This document shows positions 62,938-64,000 of a stretch of 64,000 nucleotides of DNA, piece after piece. The position numbers were made by a program, and so were the translations under genes. How positions within the stretch are numbered: position 1 is the first letter of the stretch; the number at the start of each line of letters is the position of its first letter. This DNA comes from Hormiphora californensis (Eukaryota > Animalia > Ctenophora), in contig CM035351.1 in assembly GCA_020137815.1 (NCBI GenBank), positions 1,054,001 to 1,118,000 of the forward strand. The letters run 5' to 3'. The notes below the pieces were generated by a model that was not told the DNA's origin, did not search any database, and saw only the letters and a program-made list of their open reading frames with translations.

Positions 62938-64000
62938 CGTATGCCAACCAAGACTCACCACAGCATGATAGGACATGATCCGTTTCAGGAGTGATATTAA
63001 GGATTCTCTTGTACTGGACGTTTCACAATTCACAGTATCACAGTATCACGTTTGAAGATCTTGCGTGATATCGGTGTGTCTTCAACTACGGGTTTATGTC
63101 GTTTAATGCTATGCTGACGGTCTGATAGGTTGCTTGTAAGTTGTACTCTGTAGGTCTTAGAGAATTTATTGACATGTTCCTTGTCTGTCAGCTCTCACAC
63201 CGGGCCGAAGGCCCGGTGCGAGCTTACGCGAGCCCGAAGGGCGAGCGTAAGCGCTCAAGTGCGCTCAAGTGCCGATAGACAGACTGCGTAGCATGGCAAA
63301 GAATTTAGTGTGTTGGTTTACAGTAAGCCTGAAGTGAATATACTTAATTCTTAGCTTAATTCTTATACTGCATGATCGGGTTTGAAATATACCAGTTATT
63401 CATACCGACCAATACATTTATGTTCATTTGAATTTGCTTAAAATAAATGCCAATACATAATGAAATCTAAATATGATTTCTCAATTTGTTGAGGATCACG
63501 TGGTAAAATAGCAACACCTAATTCGGTCGTCCGTAGGACATCAACGAATCTCAGTAGGAAAGTTCTGCGTTCAGGCTCCAACCGCAGACGATTTATGCTT
63601 GCTGCCGACTCTGAAACATCGCTTAAGGATCATCTTGCAACATGCACAAGGATGCAATGTATCAAACGCACTTTATTTAAACGGACACGGGACTCTTAGT
63701 TTTACAATCACACTTGTACGGGCAACAGTAAGCTGTGTTGTTCTATACTAGTCTATAGAGTTCAGTGTTCAGTGTTGTTCTAGTCTCTAGTGCTGGTGGA
63801 ATTTGTCCGCCCCTCCCGGCCCTGGAGAGACAGTGAGGGAGAGAGGGAGGGGAGCTGTGCATTTACTATTCTGGAATAATATATCATCACGTTTGCATCA
63901 TTGCAATTCACAGCTCCCCCTTGCTCCCTATCTCTCCCCATCTCTCTCCTATCTCTCTCCCCCTATCTCTCTGTGAATGATCTGCAATATTATCCGGTGA

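Overview
Intron-rich animal genomic DNA with many (CT/GA)n microsatellites and MITEs. A short MITE at 22616-22724 matches one I recall from Pleurobrachia gene models, which suggests a pleurobrachiid ctenophore; this is recall, not a search. From left to right: a multi-Ig receptor tyrosine kinase (+); a divergent spliced cyclin missed by the ORF track (+); and a ~14.6 kb adhesion GPCR (-) with Cys-rich ephrin-receptor-like repeats, HRM, GAIN/GPS and 7TM. Its introns host a GALNT-type glycosyltransferase and a tandem array of four ubiquitin-like/basic coiled-coil genes, all antisense. Next is a co-oriented run on the minus strand (CCS, TMEM242, DHODH, AP5S1, glutathione reductase) with operon-like spacing and unpaired splice acceptors. 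Two convergent near-full-length LINEs (L2-like and CR1-like) follow, each with a slippery heptamer just where the ORF2 frame opens. There are also two TTAA-flanked Kolobok-like non-autonomous elements and a repeat-dominated right end. Scattered 1-nt indels and a corrupted ~33-34.8 kb stretch suggest imperfect assembly polishing, so pseudogene calls are tentative.
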